Assembly: GCA_951406725.2 (NCBI GenBank)
Contig: OX597821.1
Coordinates: forward strand, 114,328,001-114,392,000
Direction of reading: 5' to 3'
Length of the DNA stretch: 64,000 nucleotides
DNA from: Octopus vulgaris
Taxonomy: Eukaryota
Made by a program: the position numbers and the translations under genes. The first letter of the stretch is position 1; the number at the start of each line of letters is the position of its first letter. The notes beneath the pieces are model-generated. The model saw nothing but the letters and a program-made list of their open reading frames with translations. It was not told the origin of the DNA and did not search any database. Shown in pieces: positions 1 through 11,645 of the stretch.

Positions 1-302
1 AAATTCAAAGTATGCATTCTTAAGTATTGGTGATTTTACTCAGAAAAATATTTCCATTCAACCTGATATCAACATTGAGAAATCCTTTTATTCTTTCAGA
101 CGAATCGTTTTAAAATATTCCTCAAACAGACAGTTCCCAGTTGTTAATAGTGATGTTCATTTAATCGAACTAAGCAGATCGATATTTTCACCTGTACAAC
201 TGCTGTCTACTTCAAACTTTATACAACTTTCTCAGCTGTTACATAATTGGAGCCAATCAATGGCTTCTCATAATATAAGAATTTACATACATTAATATAT
301 TT

Positions 303-558
303 ATAGAATGGTTGTATACTGTCAATCTAACGTGAACGTGACAGTAGGGGGTTACACCACAACTGTTTAGCCCTAGGAAGCATCGACGCTTTCTGATGGC
401 TTCGACACATTTTTTCCTGTGTCCTTATATATTTACGAAGGGGAGACAAACACCCCCTTCGTAAATTTGATAGCCCGATGCTTCCTAGGGCTAAACAGTT
501 GTGGTGTAACCCCCTACTGTCACGTCCACGTTAGATTGACAGTATACAACCATTCTAT
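303..558. repeat. 83-bp inverted repeat (arms 303-385 / 476-558, 1 mismatch) with a 13-bp internal hairpin (431-443/454-466); probable Penelope-like pLTR fold-back
   Basis: The reverse complement of 476-558 equals 303-385 except for one A/G. The spacer contains gacaca..tgtgtc and atttacgaagggg..ccccttcgtaaat stems. Confidence 0.9.
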
Positions 559-623
559 CGCCCCACCACCGTACATATCTCTATGAGATATTTAGAAATT
601 TAATATTTCTGAATATATTTTTA

Positions 624-723
<100 letters not shown>

Positions 724-734
724 TATATGTATAA

Positions 735-772
<38 letters not shown>

Positions 773-821
773 AAACAAGTCAAAAATAGAAAATGCTAAG
801 ATAATTTTATAGTGAATCTTT

Positions 822-859
822 CAGTACCGGTTTCGGTCATTTTGAGACCTTTTCAACTG
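822..859 (-). ncRNA. Minimal type-I hammerhead ribozyme, U3-A8 variant
   Basis: Minus strand reads cag-TTGAAAA-ggtc(tcaaaat)gacc-GAAA-ccgg-TA-ctg: stem I cag/ctg, stem II ggtc/gacc, palindromic ACCGGU stem III. Confidence 0.75.
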
Positions 860-1520
860 TAACGATTAAATAATTAAATTTAGAAAAATTAGAAGAAAAG
901 TTTTTTTAAGGGAATATTTCTATAGTAGTGTTCAGATATAAGTGGCATTCTGCCTTTCTCTGACTCCCTTGTTTGCACTTGTGTGTTCGAGGTCGTTGTG
1001 AGTTCTTGGTAGGGTAGGAGAAGCAGAAGGCTGATGTGGAGAGGGGTGGGGAAATCTGGGAATGCCTTGATGGTCGTATTTTGAATGGTCAGTGGCGGAC
1101 AGCAGTCGCAGTTCAATTCAGGAATTGTTTATGGAATTTGCGTAGGCGTTATACTGAAACGCATAGTGACAAGGTTAAGGGGTAGAAGGTGGAGAAGTAG
1201 AAGAAGAAGAAGATGACGGTGTTGATGATGATGATGATGATGATGATGAAGAAGAAGAAGAAGAAGAAGAAGAAGAAGAAGAAGAAGAAGAAGAAGAAGA
1301 AGGAGAAGGAGAAGATGATGATGATGATGATGGTGGTGATGACGATGATGATGATGATAATGATGATGATGAAGAAGAAGAGGAAGAAGAAAAAAAAAAC
1401 AGAGAAGGGAGAATATGAATGGGTGAAAGTATAGCTGTGATGGGGCTGATTAGTAATGGATTCTATGGAATGTAATATTTGTGTGTGTATATATTTCTTT
1501 TATTCTAAAGTTGAGGTATA

Positions 1521-1847
1521 TTAATTGTTTGTCGTAGACCCGTTAAGAAGTGGCCTGTATTTTGTAATAAAGAGATTTTCTTTACTTATTCGTTGTCTCG
1601 AGGTTGTATCGTCCCTAAATTGGTAGAGGGGGAAAATCCTGAAGTTTGGTGTTTTTTTGTTGGCGCAAGTATCTATGTGTTGGCTAAAAGCTATTTTTCT
1701 GTTTTGGGGAATTTTTATCTGGGATCTGTGCAGGGCCATTCGTTTACGCAAACCATTTTTTGTTTGGCCTATGTACTGCTCTTGACACCCGGAGCAGGTT
1801 AGTGAGTATATTAGGTTCTCCGAAGCACATGTGAAGTTGCTTTTCAC
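1521..1847 (-). pseudogene. GIY-YIG endonuclease domain of a Penelope-like element (C-terminal fragment)
   Basis: FTCASENLIYSLTCSGCQEQYIGQT..LRKRMALHRSQI...FSQH...KENLFITKYRPLLN contains the LIY-(CxxC)-YIG motif, conserved Arg, H..H and a terminal E..I..P.LN. It is truncated by (TA)n upstream. Confidence 0.9.
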
Positions 1848-1856
1848 TGTAAACCG

Positions 1857-1933
<77 letters not shown>

Positions 1934-2034
1934 AAATAAGAAAATGGAGAAATAAATCCAAATCAAATATCAACTACCAGATAATACCCAATCACATACT
2001 TTATTAAACCACCACATAAGAAACTTTAAGGTCA

Positions 2035-2092
<58 letters not shown>

Positions 2093-2357
2093 TAATATAG
2101 GATAAAATTACTTCGAAAAAAAATGTTATCAATGGCATATTAAAAAATACCTTTAAAGGTCAAATTTATGTGTTCACTATTTAATAGTGTTCACTTCCGG
2201 ACTCTCTCATTCTTTGAGAGTTTTCAGTTCGAATCGCACGTGTCTCGAATGGGCTGGAGAATTTCTATTTTGTATATATTTGGGGTACTTAATTGTGCTT
2301 ATGACTTAGTGTTTGCTTCTTCCATGGGTATAAGTAAGTATTTCATTTATTCCTTTG

Positions 2358-2421
2358 CCGCATTTATCACTGACGAAGAGAAGGTTCTTATGAACTAACT
2401 CTGAAATCGGGTCCGATGTGG
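2358..2421 (+). ncRNA. Type-I hammerhead ribozyme motif in a pLTR stub
   Basis: atca-CTGACGA(2370-2376)-agag..gttc(ttat)gaac..ctct-GAAA(2403-2406)-tcggg-TC-cgatgtgg. Stem I is imperfect. (TA)n follows about 150 nt downstream. Confidence 0.65.
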
Positions 2422-2829
2422 TAATAACGAAATTTTTTAGAAATTTCTGTTAGCTTTCTTCGATAGACGTGCTTATAGTGATGAATTATATGGTTATGGA
2501 CGATGTGTCTAGTTTCGGCATATTTAGCATTAGAATTTTTTTGTTTTGCCCTTGTTTATAAGTTGTATATATATATATATATATGTGTGGGGGGGGTGTA
2601 AGGATAAGATCGTTAATTCAAATATAAAATAAAGATTTTATCAAGCATGGGAAAAATAACCTTCAAAGGTAATAATTATTAAAATTATAAATTAGGGTAT
2701 CTATGAGATACCACCATGTTGAAAATAGCAGCCATGATCTGACTCTAAAACCACCTTAATTGTCCATATATCAACACGGAGATAAAACAAGGAGACAAGA
2801 TGAAACTAGTAAAAGAATTACATGAAAAA

Positions 2830-2886
2830 TTCTAGATCCCGGATTTCTGACTTTGCATTTAGGAATGCTTTGCTTCGTCAGTAAAA
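2830..2886 (-). ncRNA. Type-I hammerhead ribozyme motif in a pLTR stub
   Basis: Minus strand reads tttta-CTGACGA-agcaaa-gcatt(ccta)aatgc-aaagtca-GAAA-tcc(g)gga-TC-tagaa. Stems I and III are intact; the base of stem II is weak. Confidence 0.65.
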
Positions 2887-2960
2887 TATACACAGAAGAG
2901 AAGCATAAATACATATATATATAAATACAACATACAAATATATATATATATATATATATA

Positions 2961-3123
2961 GGCGCAGGAGTGGGTGTGTCGTATGTAGCATACTTCCCAA
3001 ACACATGGTTCCGGGTTCGGTCCCACTGCGTGGCACCTTGGATAAGTGTCTTCTACTATAGCCTCGGGCCGACCAAAGCCTTGTGATTGGATTTGGTAGA
3101 CGGAAACTGAAAGAAGCCCGTCG

Positions 3124-3190
<67 letters not shown>

Positions 3191-3400
3191 GTGTGTGTGT
3201 TTGCGTGTCTGTGTTTGTTCCCCCAACATCGCTTGACAACAGATGCTGGTGTGTTTACGTTCCCGTAACTTAGCGGTTCGGCAAGAAAGACCGATCGAAT
3301 AAGTACTAGGCTTACAAAGAATAAGTCCTGGGGTCGATTTGCTCGACTAAAGGCGGTGCTCCATCATGGCAGCAGTCAAATGACTGAAACAAGTAAAGAG
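2961..3400 (+). mobile_element. tRNA-derived SINE, family A (full length, internal (TA)n)
   Basis: ggcgcaggagtgg head, B-box-like ggttcggtccc, core gtggcaccttgg.taagtgtctt, tail gctccatcatggc..gactgaaacaagtaaagag. More than 10 copies occur in the window. Confidence 0.9.
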
Positions 3401-3446
3401 ATATATGTTGAATGGAATTGTGTGTATATGCATATATATATATATA

Positions 3447-3564
<118 letters not shown>

Positions 3565-3885
3565 TGTATGTATGTATGTATGTATGTATGTATGTATGTA
3601 TGTATGTATGTATGTGCTTCTTAATACTTCGTTTTCGAAAAAGAATATACAGCTACTGTTATTAGAAGGTAAGTACAAGCAGAGCAACACGGTAGTTGGT
3701 TTTGCATTTCGTCCTTTTGTGGTCGATAAAATAAGTACCAGTTGATGCAATCGGCCGACCTCTTCTCCTAAAATTTCAAGCCCTCTGTCTATAGTGGAAA
3801 GGATTATACTTGATAGACATCGTGGTGTTGGAACAGTAAACCTCTGAACATCAGAAGAAGTACAGATGTATTTGGTGTTGATATA

Positions 3886-4114
3886 TACTCTCTTTACTCT
3901 TTACTCTTTTACTTGTTTCAGTCATTTGACTGCGGCCATGCTGGAGCACCGCCTTTAATCGAGCAACTCGACTCCGGGACTTATTCTTTTGTAAGCCCAG
4001 TACTTATTCTATCGGTCTCTTTTGCCGAACCGCTAAGTAACGGGGACATAAACACACCAGCATCGGTTGTCAAGCGATACTAGAGGGACAAACACAGACA
4101 CACAAACATACACG

Positions 4115-4172
<58 letters not shown>

Positions 4173-4259
4173 TACGACGGACTTCTTTCAGTTTCCGTCT
4201 ACCAAATCCACTCACAAGGCATTGGTCGGCCCGGGGCTATAGCAGAAGACACTTGCCCA
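3886..4259 (-). mobile_element. SINE family A, 5'-truncated
   Basis: Reverse-complement match to 2961-3400; near-identical to 4484-4900. Confidence 0.9.
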
Positions 4260-4483
4260 CTGTTTACACACGAAGGCAGCTTATGAACAAACGTTTATAA
4301 TACGCCATTGGAGCAATATTTTAAATATTGAGAAACATTGAAGTATATTAAAAAAATCTTTATAAACTCTATGTAAAATCCACGAAATACAAGAAATAAT
4401 GCTTTTTATTGGAATGATTTAAATTTCGGAAGGTATTTTAGAAAAATGGAATGAGTAAGGATATATGTTTTGTGCGTAATGAC

Positions 4484-4900
4484 TACTCTTACTCTCTTTT
4501 ACTCTTTTACTTGTTTCAGTCAGTTGACTGTGGCCATGCTGGAGCACCGTCTTTAGTCGAGCAACTCGACCCCGGGACTTATTCTTTGTAAGCCCAGTAC
4601 TTATTCTATCGGTCTCTTTTGCCGAACCGCTAAGTGAAGGGGACATAAACACACCAGCATCGGTTGTCAAGCGATGCTAGGGGGACAAACACAGACACAC
4701 AAACATACACGCACACATATATATATACATATATATACGACGGGATTCTTTCAGTTTCCGTCTACCAAATCCACTCACAAGGCTTTGGTCGGCCCGAGGC
4801 TATAGTAGAAGACACTTGCCCAAGGTGCCACGCAGTGGGACTGAACCCGGAACCATGTGGTTCGTAAGCAAGCTACTTACCACACAGCCACTCCTGCGCC
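4484..4900 (-). mobile_element. SINE family A, full length
   Basis: Ends in ccactcctgcgcc (reverse complement of the head); 3' (AGAGTAA)-like tail. Confidence 0.9.
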
Positions 4901-5945
4901 TAGTTTAGAAATCATAAAATGCTTTAATCTCTTTTCTAACTTGGCAAATATCAAAATGAAAAATGGATTTTCCCGACAATATTTAAATATACTGACCAGC
5001 TGAGCTCTCGCACTCAACACCTGTTGCGACTATGCACAGCTGCTGATCAAAATAAACTTCGATTTGTTGATAAAAGCTAATTTTTTTTTCCTCGTGATGT
5101 GGCTTGGTTTTTGTTCGGTCCACGTAACAAACAATTTAACGTGCTTAGAAAAATAACATTTACAGTAAAGAACTAAAAGCGGTCTGGTAAAATGTCCAGC
5201 ATTTTAAATACTCAATCATTAGTCACGGTAAATCGCCTTGGACTTCAATTCTTATTACAAAGGAACATTTTACTTTAATCTTTTACACCAAAGACATTTA
5301 CAAAATATTTCCATTTTGAAACTGTGTGAGCAGTTCCTTTCTATTACAAAACAGAGTAATCGGAATTTCTTAAAGGTAAATTACGTAATGTTTTTTGCTG
5401 GTTTTTTTTTTTTTATCTCTGTAAAATATAATCTGTACAGTCGATTAAATTATCTTGGGTATTTTACGGGTACTTGTCCCGTTGATTCTGAGAAAGTGAA
5501 AAATATGAAAAAAATAAAATAAAATAAAATAAATTTAAAAACCTTATCGGACGCGATGGAATTCGAACTCGGAAATAAGAGGTGTCAAAATAGACATCAT
5601 AAAGTCTATCACCTGACTGTTTTAGCCTTCGCGTCACTTGTATCACCCTAGAAAATTGTATAAATGTGTAACATCCGCATTTTGTTTAGCCCCCAACATC
5701 AACAGCATATCAAATAATGTGATTTATATATATACGTCGTTATGAAGTGTCAAGTCTTAACGAAAGCGAACTCAAAATAATTCAAATTATCTAATTTCTT
5801 ATGTTGGTAACATTGTGAAAAAGTTCCATCTAATTTGAAGCAGGAAGCTGCACTTCCTTCAAGTACCCCTGCTATCTAAAATCAAACCTTGACTTAATAA
5901 AATGTTTTTCTCTTTCCACCACAAATACGAAGCCATCATCCTATT

Positions 5946-5981
<36 letters not shown>

Positions 5982-6329
5982 CTCTCTTTCACACACATAC
6001 ACGCACACACTCGTTTTCTCTGCCTCTCACCGTCTCTCTTTCTGTCTCTCTATCTATTTTTGTTTCCTCCTCTTTCCCTCTATTCATTCTTTCTCATTGT
6101 TTTGAAAACAATACACGACGGCAGTTTATAAGTCTAGCTCGCATTCTATTATAATTTTTCATATCTCGCAAAGATTATCTTTTCAACTAACTCAAATTGC
6201 AACCTAAAAAACGTAAATAAACACTTTCTATTCTGAAAATCTGCGGCAAATGAAAATGATGTGTTTAATCGCCATCAAATAAAACGCCACCCTTGAAATT
6301 TGTAGAAAAACCTTTGTTCCCGTTATTAA

Positions 6330-6500
6330 GCCATTCAAGTAGAGAGCAATGTCTCTACGTGACCGCTCGACCTGCTAGATATAGCAGCCTGATCTCTTTC
6401 AAATCACATCTTGTGTAATGTGGTCCCGAATCCCAAAGACGGGATAGTCACGGTTGGATTACCTTTGGTCATAGGTCTACTCGATTAGAGCTGAACTAGA

Positions 6501-6533
<33 letters not shown>

Positions 6534-7109
6534 GTCATCATCATCATCATCATCATCATCAGGTATCATCTGCTTTCCGCAGGTTCAATATTAAGGATCT
6601 CCATTCGGTTAGTCAAAGATCCATTATCTATCGCGGGTGCAGTTATACACATGGTGGAGTCCCAATCCTTTTTACGACGTTGACCACGAGCCTGTATTCC
6701 ATGAAGAGAGTGTCCTAGCTACGCCACACATCTTGCTGTCACTGCCTTGTGAGCCATTGACCAAAATGGATTATTCTCTCCCATCTAACATTTGTGCCTT
6801 CGTACTTTTAAGGGCCAACGTCCCCTGCTCAGCAGTCCTTCCTAGATTGCTGATTACCTCGAATTTCTTTTGCTCACTAGCCGAAGTGGGGTACGTTGCC
6901 GTCTGCCATTTCAGTCTTCGTGCACTCAAGGGTTGACGTACCCCGTACAGCGATCCGAGTAGATCTATGACCAAAGGTAATCCAACCGTGACTATCCCGT
7001 CTTTGCGACTCGGGACCACATTATACAGGATGTCATTTGAAGGAGATCAGGCTGCTATTTCTAGCAGGTCGAGCGGTCACGTAGAGGCATTGCTCTCTAC
7101 TCGAATGGC
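6330..7109. repeat. About 155-bp inverted repeat pair (6330-6483 / 6956-7109) of a dispersed repeat
   Basis: The arms are reverse complements with scattered substitutions. More diverged relatives (atttctagcaggtcga motif) lie near 15220-15265 and 26560-26620. Confidence 0.85.
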
Positions 7110-7290
7110 CGACAAATTACGCTTACCCTCGACTTAGCTTTGCTCCCTAGCAGAAGGGAGATGCTATGGTATGGCCACAGATATGCACTACCGACTTCTT
7201 GGAGTCCTAAGTGGGAGCTGTGTCGTAGACCAGTGCGCCATTCCGCGCCTGAGGATGCGCGACTGACGAGTCTGCAAAAGCACCGTTCCT
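6502..7290 (-). mobile_element. Possible short RTE-type non-LTR derivative with (GAT)n tail and GC-richer structured 5' part, interrupted by 6956-7109
   Basis: Minus strand ends ...gaacctgcggaaagcagatgatacct(gat)n. Several hairpins are present (ggggtacgt/acgtacccc, ctccct/agggag). Confidence 0.35.
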
Positions 7291-7570
7291 TATTATACCA
7301 AAGGCCACATGCAAATTCAATATTCTGTTTAAGCCAAAATTATTGTTATCGATTACTTTCAGTGTTGTTCAAATAAATAATAACAGATATATGATTATGA
7401 TGGTTTTTCCGTTGGTAACGACGATGAGCGTTGGATTGTTTGAGAAAGTGAATTTTTAGTAATTCTATGTATTTAAAGTGTAAGTGGCTGAATAATTCAT
7501 TGTGTGTACTTATATCAGAACGACCCAATACAGTGTAATCCATAGTGAGAGAGGGAGCGAGAGAGAGAGA

Positions 7571-7707
7571 GAGAAGAAGAAGAAGAAGAAGAAGAAGAAG
7601 AAGAAGAAGAAGAAGAAGAAGAAGAAGCAGAAAAAGAAGAAGAAGAAGAAGAAGAAGAAGAAGAAAAGAAAAGAAGAAGAAGAAGAAGAAGAAGAAGAAG
7701 AAGAAGA
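7571..7707. repeat. (GAA)n microsatellite
   Basis: Direct reading. Confidence 0.95.
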
Positions 7708-8162
7708 CTTCACCCCAGGATTGGACTCGTACTATGTTTCCTAAACCGGTCCCGGAAGGATAAAGGACAAAGTTCACCTCTTGGTAGGATTTGAAGGAAG
7801 AGTAACGCGATCAGAAACGGACACAGCAAGACACTCTACTTACCCTGCCCATACGTCGTCTAAGACATCTAACATCACTCGAGATAACCTTAGTCCTACT
7901 TCTTTTCTCTTTTGTCTTTGTATTTATTCATATAAGAAGGTCTAAGAGTACATATACACTGAAATTAGCCAGATGGAAATGAAATTTCCTTTCTGAAACT
8001 TCCGGTGGCGGAGGACAGCAAGTTAGCTTGAGCTACAGAGCTACAAAAATTAGTTTTGTACGACATATTTGGTGGGCGTACACAGCAATGTTATTTGTTT
8101 TTATTTTATATTTTCCAGTGTAGCCTTTAATCATAGACAATACTAATGAAGTATATACATAC

Positions 8163-8218
<56 letters not shown>

Positions 8219-8309
8219 AATATAGATACTATTTGTACATATTATATATATACTATATATACATATATATAATTTGTATATAAAGTATATTTGTGTATAT
8301 ATATAGTAT

Positions 8310-8376
<67 letters not shown>

Positions 8377-8454
8377 ATAATATATGAATCTCCACTCTCC
8401 TCTTGGTTTTCAATTATATATATATATATATAATGAGGTATCTACCGTAAACAC

Positions 8455-8511
<57 letters not shown>

Positions 8512-9164
8512 GCATATATGCATACATACACGAACACATAAAAATGAAAGTATAATATATACATGCACATATGTACAGGTGTTTGCGTATTATGTATGTG
8601 TGTGTGTGTGTGTGTGTAACTGTATGTGTATGTAAGATTCGCCAATTTAGAGCCAAGCACAATACTGTCTACGAGGGGTGCTCTTTGATGCTCGTTGCAG
8701 GAAGCAAATTCTGGCATTTAGTTTTGCAGCCTCAGAATAGAATTTCAAGTAGCAGCGATTATTATCAGTCTAAAATAATATATACATATATACACGCTAT
8801 GATCCGTATAACTGGTCTATTGTGTTAAAAATAATATATGCATATTTATGATCCATATAAATGACTTTTTTTTTGTTAATTGATGCACCAAATTAATTCC
8901 ATCTGCGTTTTTATGTGTTGTGCACCAATTAAAAATGCAGCTAATTTATTTTATTATTTTATTTCCTGATGTTCCAACTAATTTGGGGCAATTATTTCCA
9001 TCTGTGATAGTTTTTATATTTGCTGTCTGTTTCAAGTCAAAGAAGGTCAGCGTTATCATTCGGGTTTGTCTCCCCTTTTCTTTCTGTCTTTCAGTTATCA
9101 ATGTTCTGTGTCTAACGATGCAGAACCAACAAAAAGATAGTTATTAGTCTTGCTTTTGACGTTT

Positions 9165-9368
9165 AGCAGGCAGAATCGTTAGCACACCGGGCAAAATGCT
9201 TAGCAGTATTTCGCCAGTCGCTACGTTCTGAGTTCAAATTCCGCCGAGGTTGACTTTGCCTTTCATCCTTTCGGGGACGATAAATGAAGTACCAATGAAA
9301 GAATGGGACCAATGTAATCGACTATCGCCCTCCCCTAAATTTCAGGCTTTGTGCCTGCTGTAGAAAGG

Positions 9369-9370
<2 letters not shown>
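9165..9370 (+). mobile_element. tRNA-derived SINE, family B (Nin-domain-like body)
   Basis: ggcagaatcgttagc..gagttcaaattccgccgagg(t)gactttgcctttcatcctttcgggg..aagtacc, followed by (TAT)n. About 20 copies occur in the window. Confidence 0.85.
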
Positions 9371-9437
<67 letters not shown>

Positions 9438-9440
<3 letters not shown>

Positions 9441-10596
9441 TAGTTTTATTTTTATAGCGTGCTTTCACTTCACTACCGAGCGCAGCTCTGTGTGCCTTGG
9501 GTATGTGCTGTGATTTGTTGTGATGCTCTGATGGTTATTGTATGGAAAGTGTTCTGCGTAGGATGTGTGCAGTGCCTAGTAGTGCAATTTTCTGTATGTT
9601 ATATGTGTTTGTAAGACCTGGTGTTTTTGTTATGTATTTGTCTGAATATATTTTTATCATGCCTAATGCACCTACTATGATAAGAATTGTTTCTGTTTTT
9701 AGATTCCACATTCTGGTTACCTCTATTTCTAGGTCTTTGTATTTTGAGAGTTTCTCCATTTCTTTTAGAGACACGTTGTCATCAGCCGGTATAGATACAT
9801 CAATTAGAAAGCATTTTTTCTTCATGATCTTTGACAACTATATCTGGTCTGTTAATCTTAATTTCTCTATCTGTGTGTATCGGCATATCCCAGAGTATGG
9901 TTGCTTTCTCGTTTTCTGTGACCTTTTCTGGTGTGTGCCTATACCATCTTTTTTCTGTTGTTATTCCATAATGTTGGCATAGCTTCCAATGTATGTAGGT
10001 TCCAACTCTGTCATGTCTGTGAATATATTCCTTCTTAGCCAGGACTGGCCAGCTAGAGATAATATGATTTATTGTTTCTTGTCCATCTCCACATATTCTG
10101 CAGTTACTTGTTATATTTCTTTTCATTACATGTTTTTGGTAATTTCTGGTGGGGAGGCTTTGGTCTTGTGCTGCAATTAAAAATCCCTCTGTTTCTGCTT
10201 TGAGTCCTGAGCTTCTCAACCATTGCTGGGATTTTTCTTTGTCTATTTCTTTTGCGTTTAGTTTAGTGCAGTATTTACCATGAACGGGCTTTTCTTGCCA
10301 TCGTTTTATCATGGTTCGTTGCTGTTCTATTTTTAGTTTGGATTTCATTTGTTTTATAGCTTTTGTTGTTTCTTCATCTTCTTCTTCTTCTTTTTCTTCA
10401 TATTTATTAGGTGGTATGATTTCTTGTTTTTATTTGTCAGCTTCCTTAAATACTGAGAACAGTTTTTTGTTTTGCTCGTGTTTTGCCGCTATTTGTATCA
10501 GTTTTCCTTCCTTCTGAAATAGATATTTTTGCAATCCTATGGTGGTTATTTTATAGTAGTTTTCCAGTTGTATAAGGCCTCTACCACCTTCTATAC

Positions 10597-10597
<1 letters not shown>
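9438..10597 (-). mobile_element. 3' part of a Dong/R4-clade RLE non-LTR retrotransposon, frameshifted, inserted in (TAA)n
   Basis: GGRGL post-RT motif near 10576-10589. GLKAETEGFLIAAQDQ; CRICG...ETINHIISS(W) CCHC knuckle; RHD; LWD; RPDIVV..LIDVSIP..K..KY PD-(D/E)xK endonuclease; QKIALLGTAHILRR. About 100-nt 3'UTR with AATAAA; (TAA)n on both sides. Confidence 0.92.
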
Positions 10598-10670
<73 letters not shown>

Positions 10671-10671
<1 letters not shown>

Positions 10672-11191
10672 GAGTGAGAGAGCAGTTCATGCCATCAAAG
10701 TGATACTGAGGTACAATTATACGAAGCTCAACATACCCATCATGATTACACGTACGGAACATGGTGATATTATATCAAGATAAACAGCGCACGACATAGC
10801 AGGCGGAACCCAGTTAGAATTTTCTTCAAGTCGAGTAACCCATCCCACTCAAAAGGTCCGTGAATAACGGTCGTTTAAGGATGATGCGCGAAACGCCCAT
10901 GTTTCCAGAAGTGAATTATCCAAACCCCAAATAATTCCTCTCAACACATGGCTATGATGCTCCCCAATTACTTCTGCTCGTGATCAGAGATGCACATATC
11001 GTTAGCCACTAAGCTCAGGGTCATCTTTAACTGGTTAAGTTCAAACAACTGACAAGCAAATTTGTGGTATTGAGCAGAATATTTGCTGTAGCCCATCTTT
11101 TTATACCAAGACAAAACAATGTACATGATAACACTTCCAGTCAGTTAAGATCAGAAGCCATGAGAGCCACTGCCTGGTACTGCATCAGGGC

Positions 11192-11196
<5 letters not shown>
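10671..11196 (-). mobile_element. About 525-bp non-coding repeat flanked by (TAA)n; probable non-autonomous TAA-targeting retroelement
   Basis: Bounded by (TAA)n on both sides, with no ORF. Its end (aaatgccctg.tgcagtaccaggcagtggctctc) recurs at about 48186-48227, again after TAA repeats. Strand is inferred. Confidence 0.6.
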
Positions 11197-11258
<62 letters not shown>

Positions 11259-11279
11259 AATAATAGTAATAATAATAAT

Positions 11280-11330
<51 letters not shown>

Positions 11331-11333
<3 letters not shown>

Positions 11334-11552
11334 GCGGTGAGTTGGCAGAATCGTTTGCACGCCGAGCGAAATGCTTAGCGGCACTTCGTCTGTCGCTAAG
11401 TTCCGAGTTCAAATTCCGCCGGGGTCGACTTTGCCTTTCATCCTCTCGGAGTTAATGAATTATGTACCAGTGAAACACTGGGGTCGATTAAATCGACCAG
11501 TTCCTTCCCCCAAATTTCAGGCCTTGTGCCTTTAGTACAAAGGATTATTATT

Positions 11553-11645
<93 letters not shown>

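Larger units (their letters stand above)
769..1857 (-). mobile_element. 5'-truncated Penelope-like retroelement (GIY-YIG end + 3' UTR/pLTR) inserted in (TA)n
   Basis: GIY-YIG ORF at 1521-1847, hammerhead motif at 822-859, and (TA)n arrays on both flanks. Confidence 0.85.

Noticed and set aside
2180-2232. Minus-strand CTGAAAA-ctctc/gagag hammerhead-like motif
   Set aside because: It lacks GAAA and the UH cleavage site, so it is at most a decayed relic.
7990-8030. ETS-like cttccggt promoter for the TMEM74-like gene
   Set aside because: A single short motif with no convincing downstream splice donor. It cannot be supported from sequence alone.
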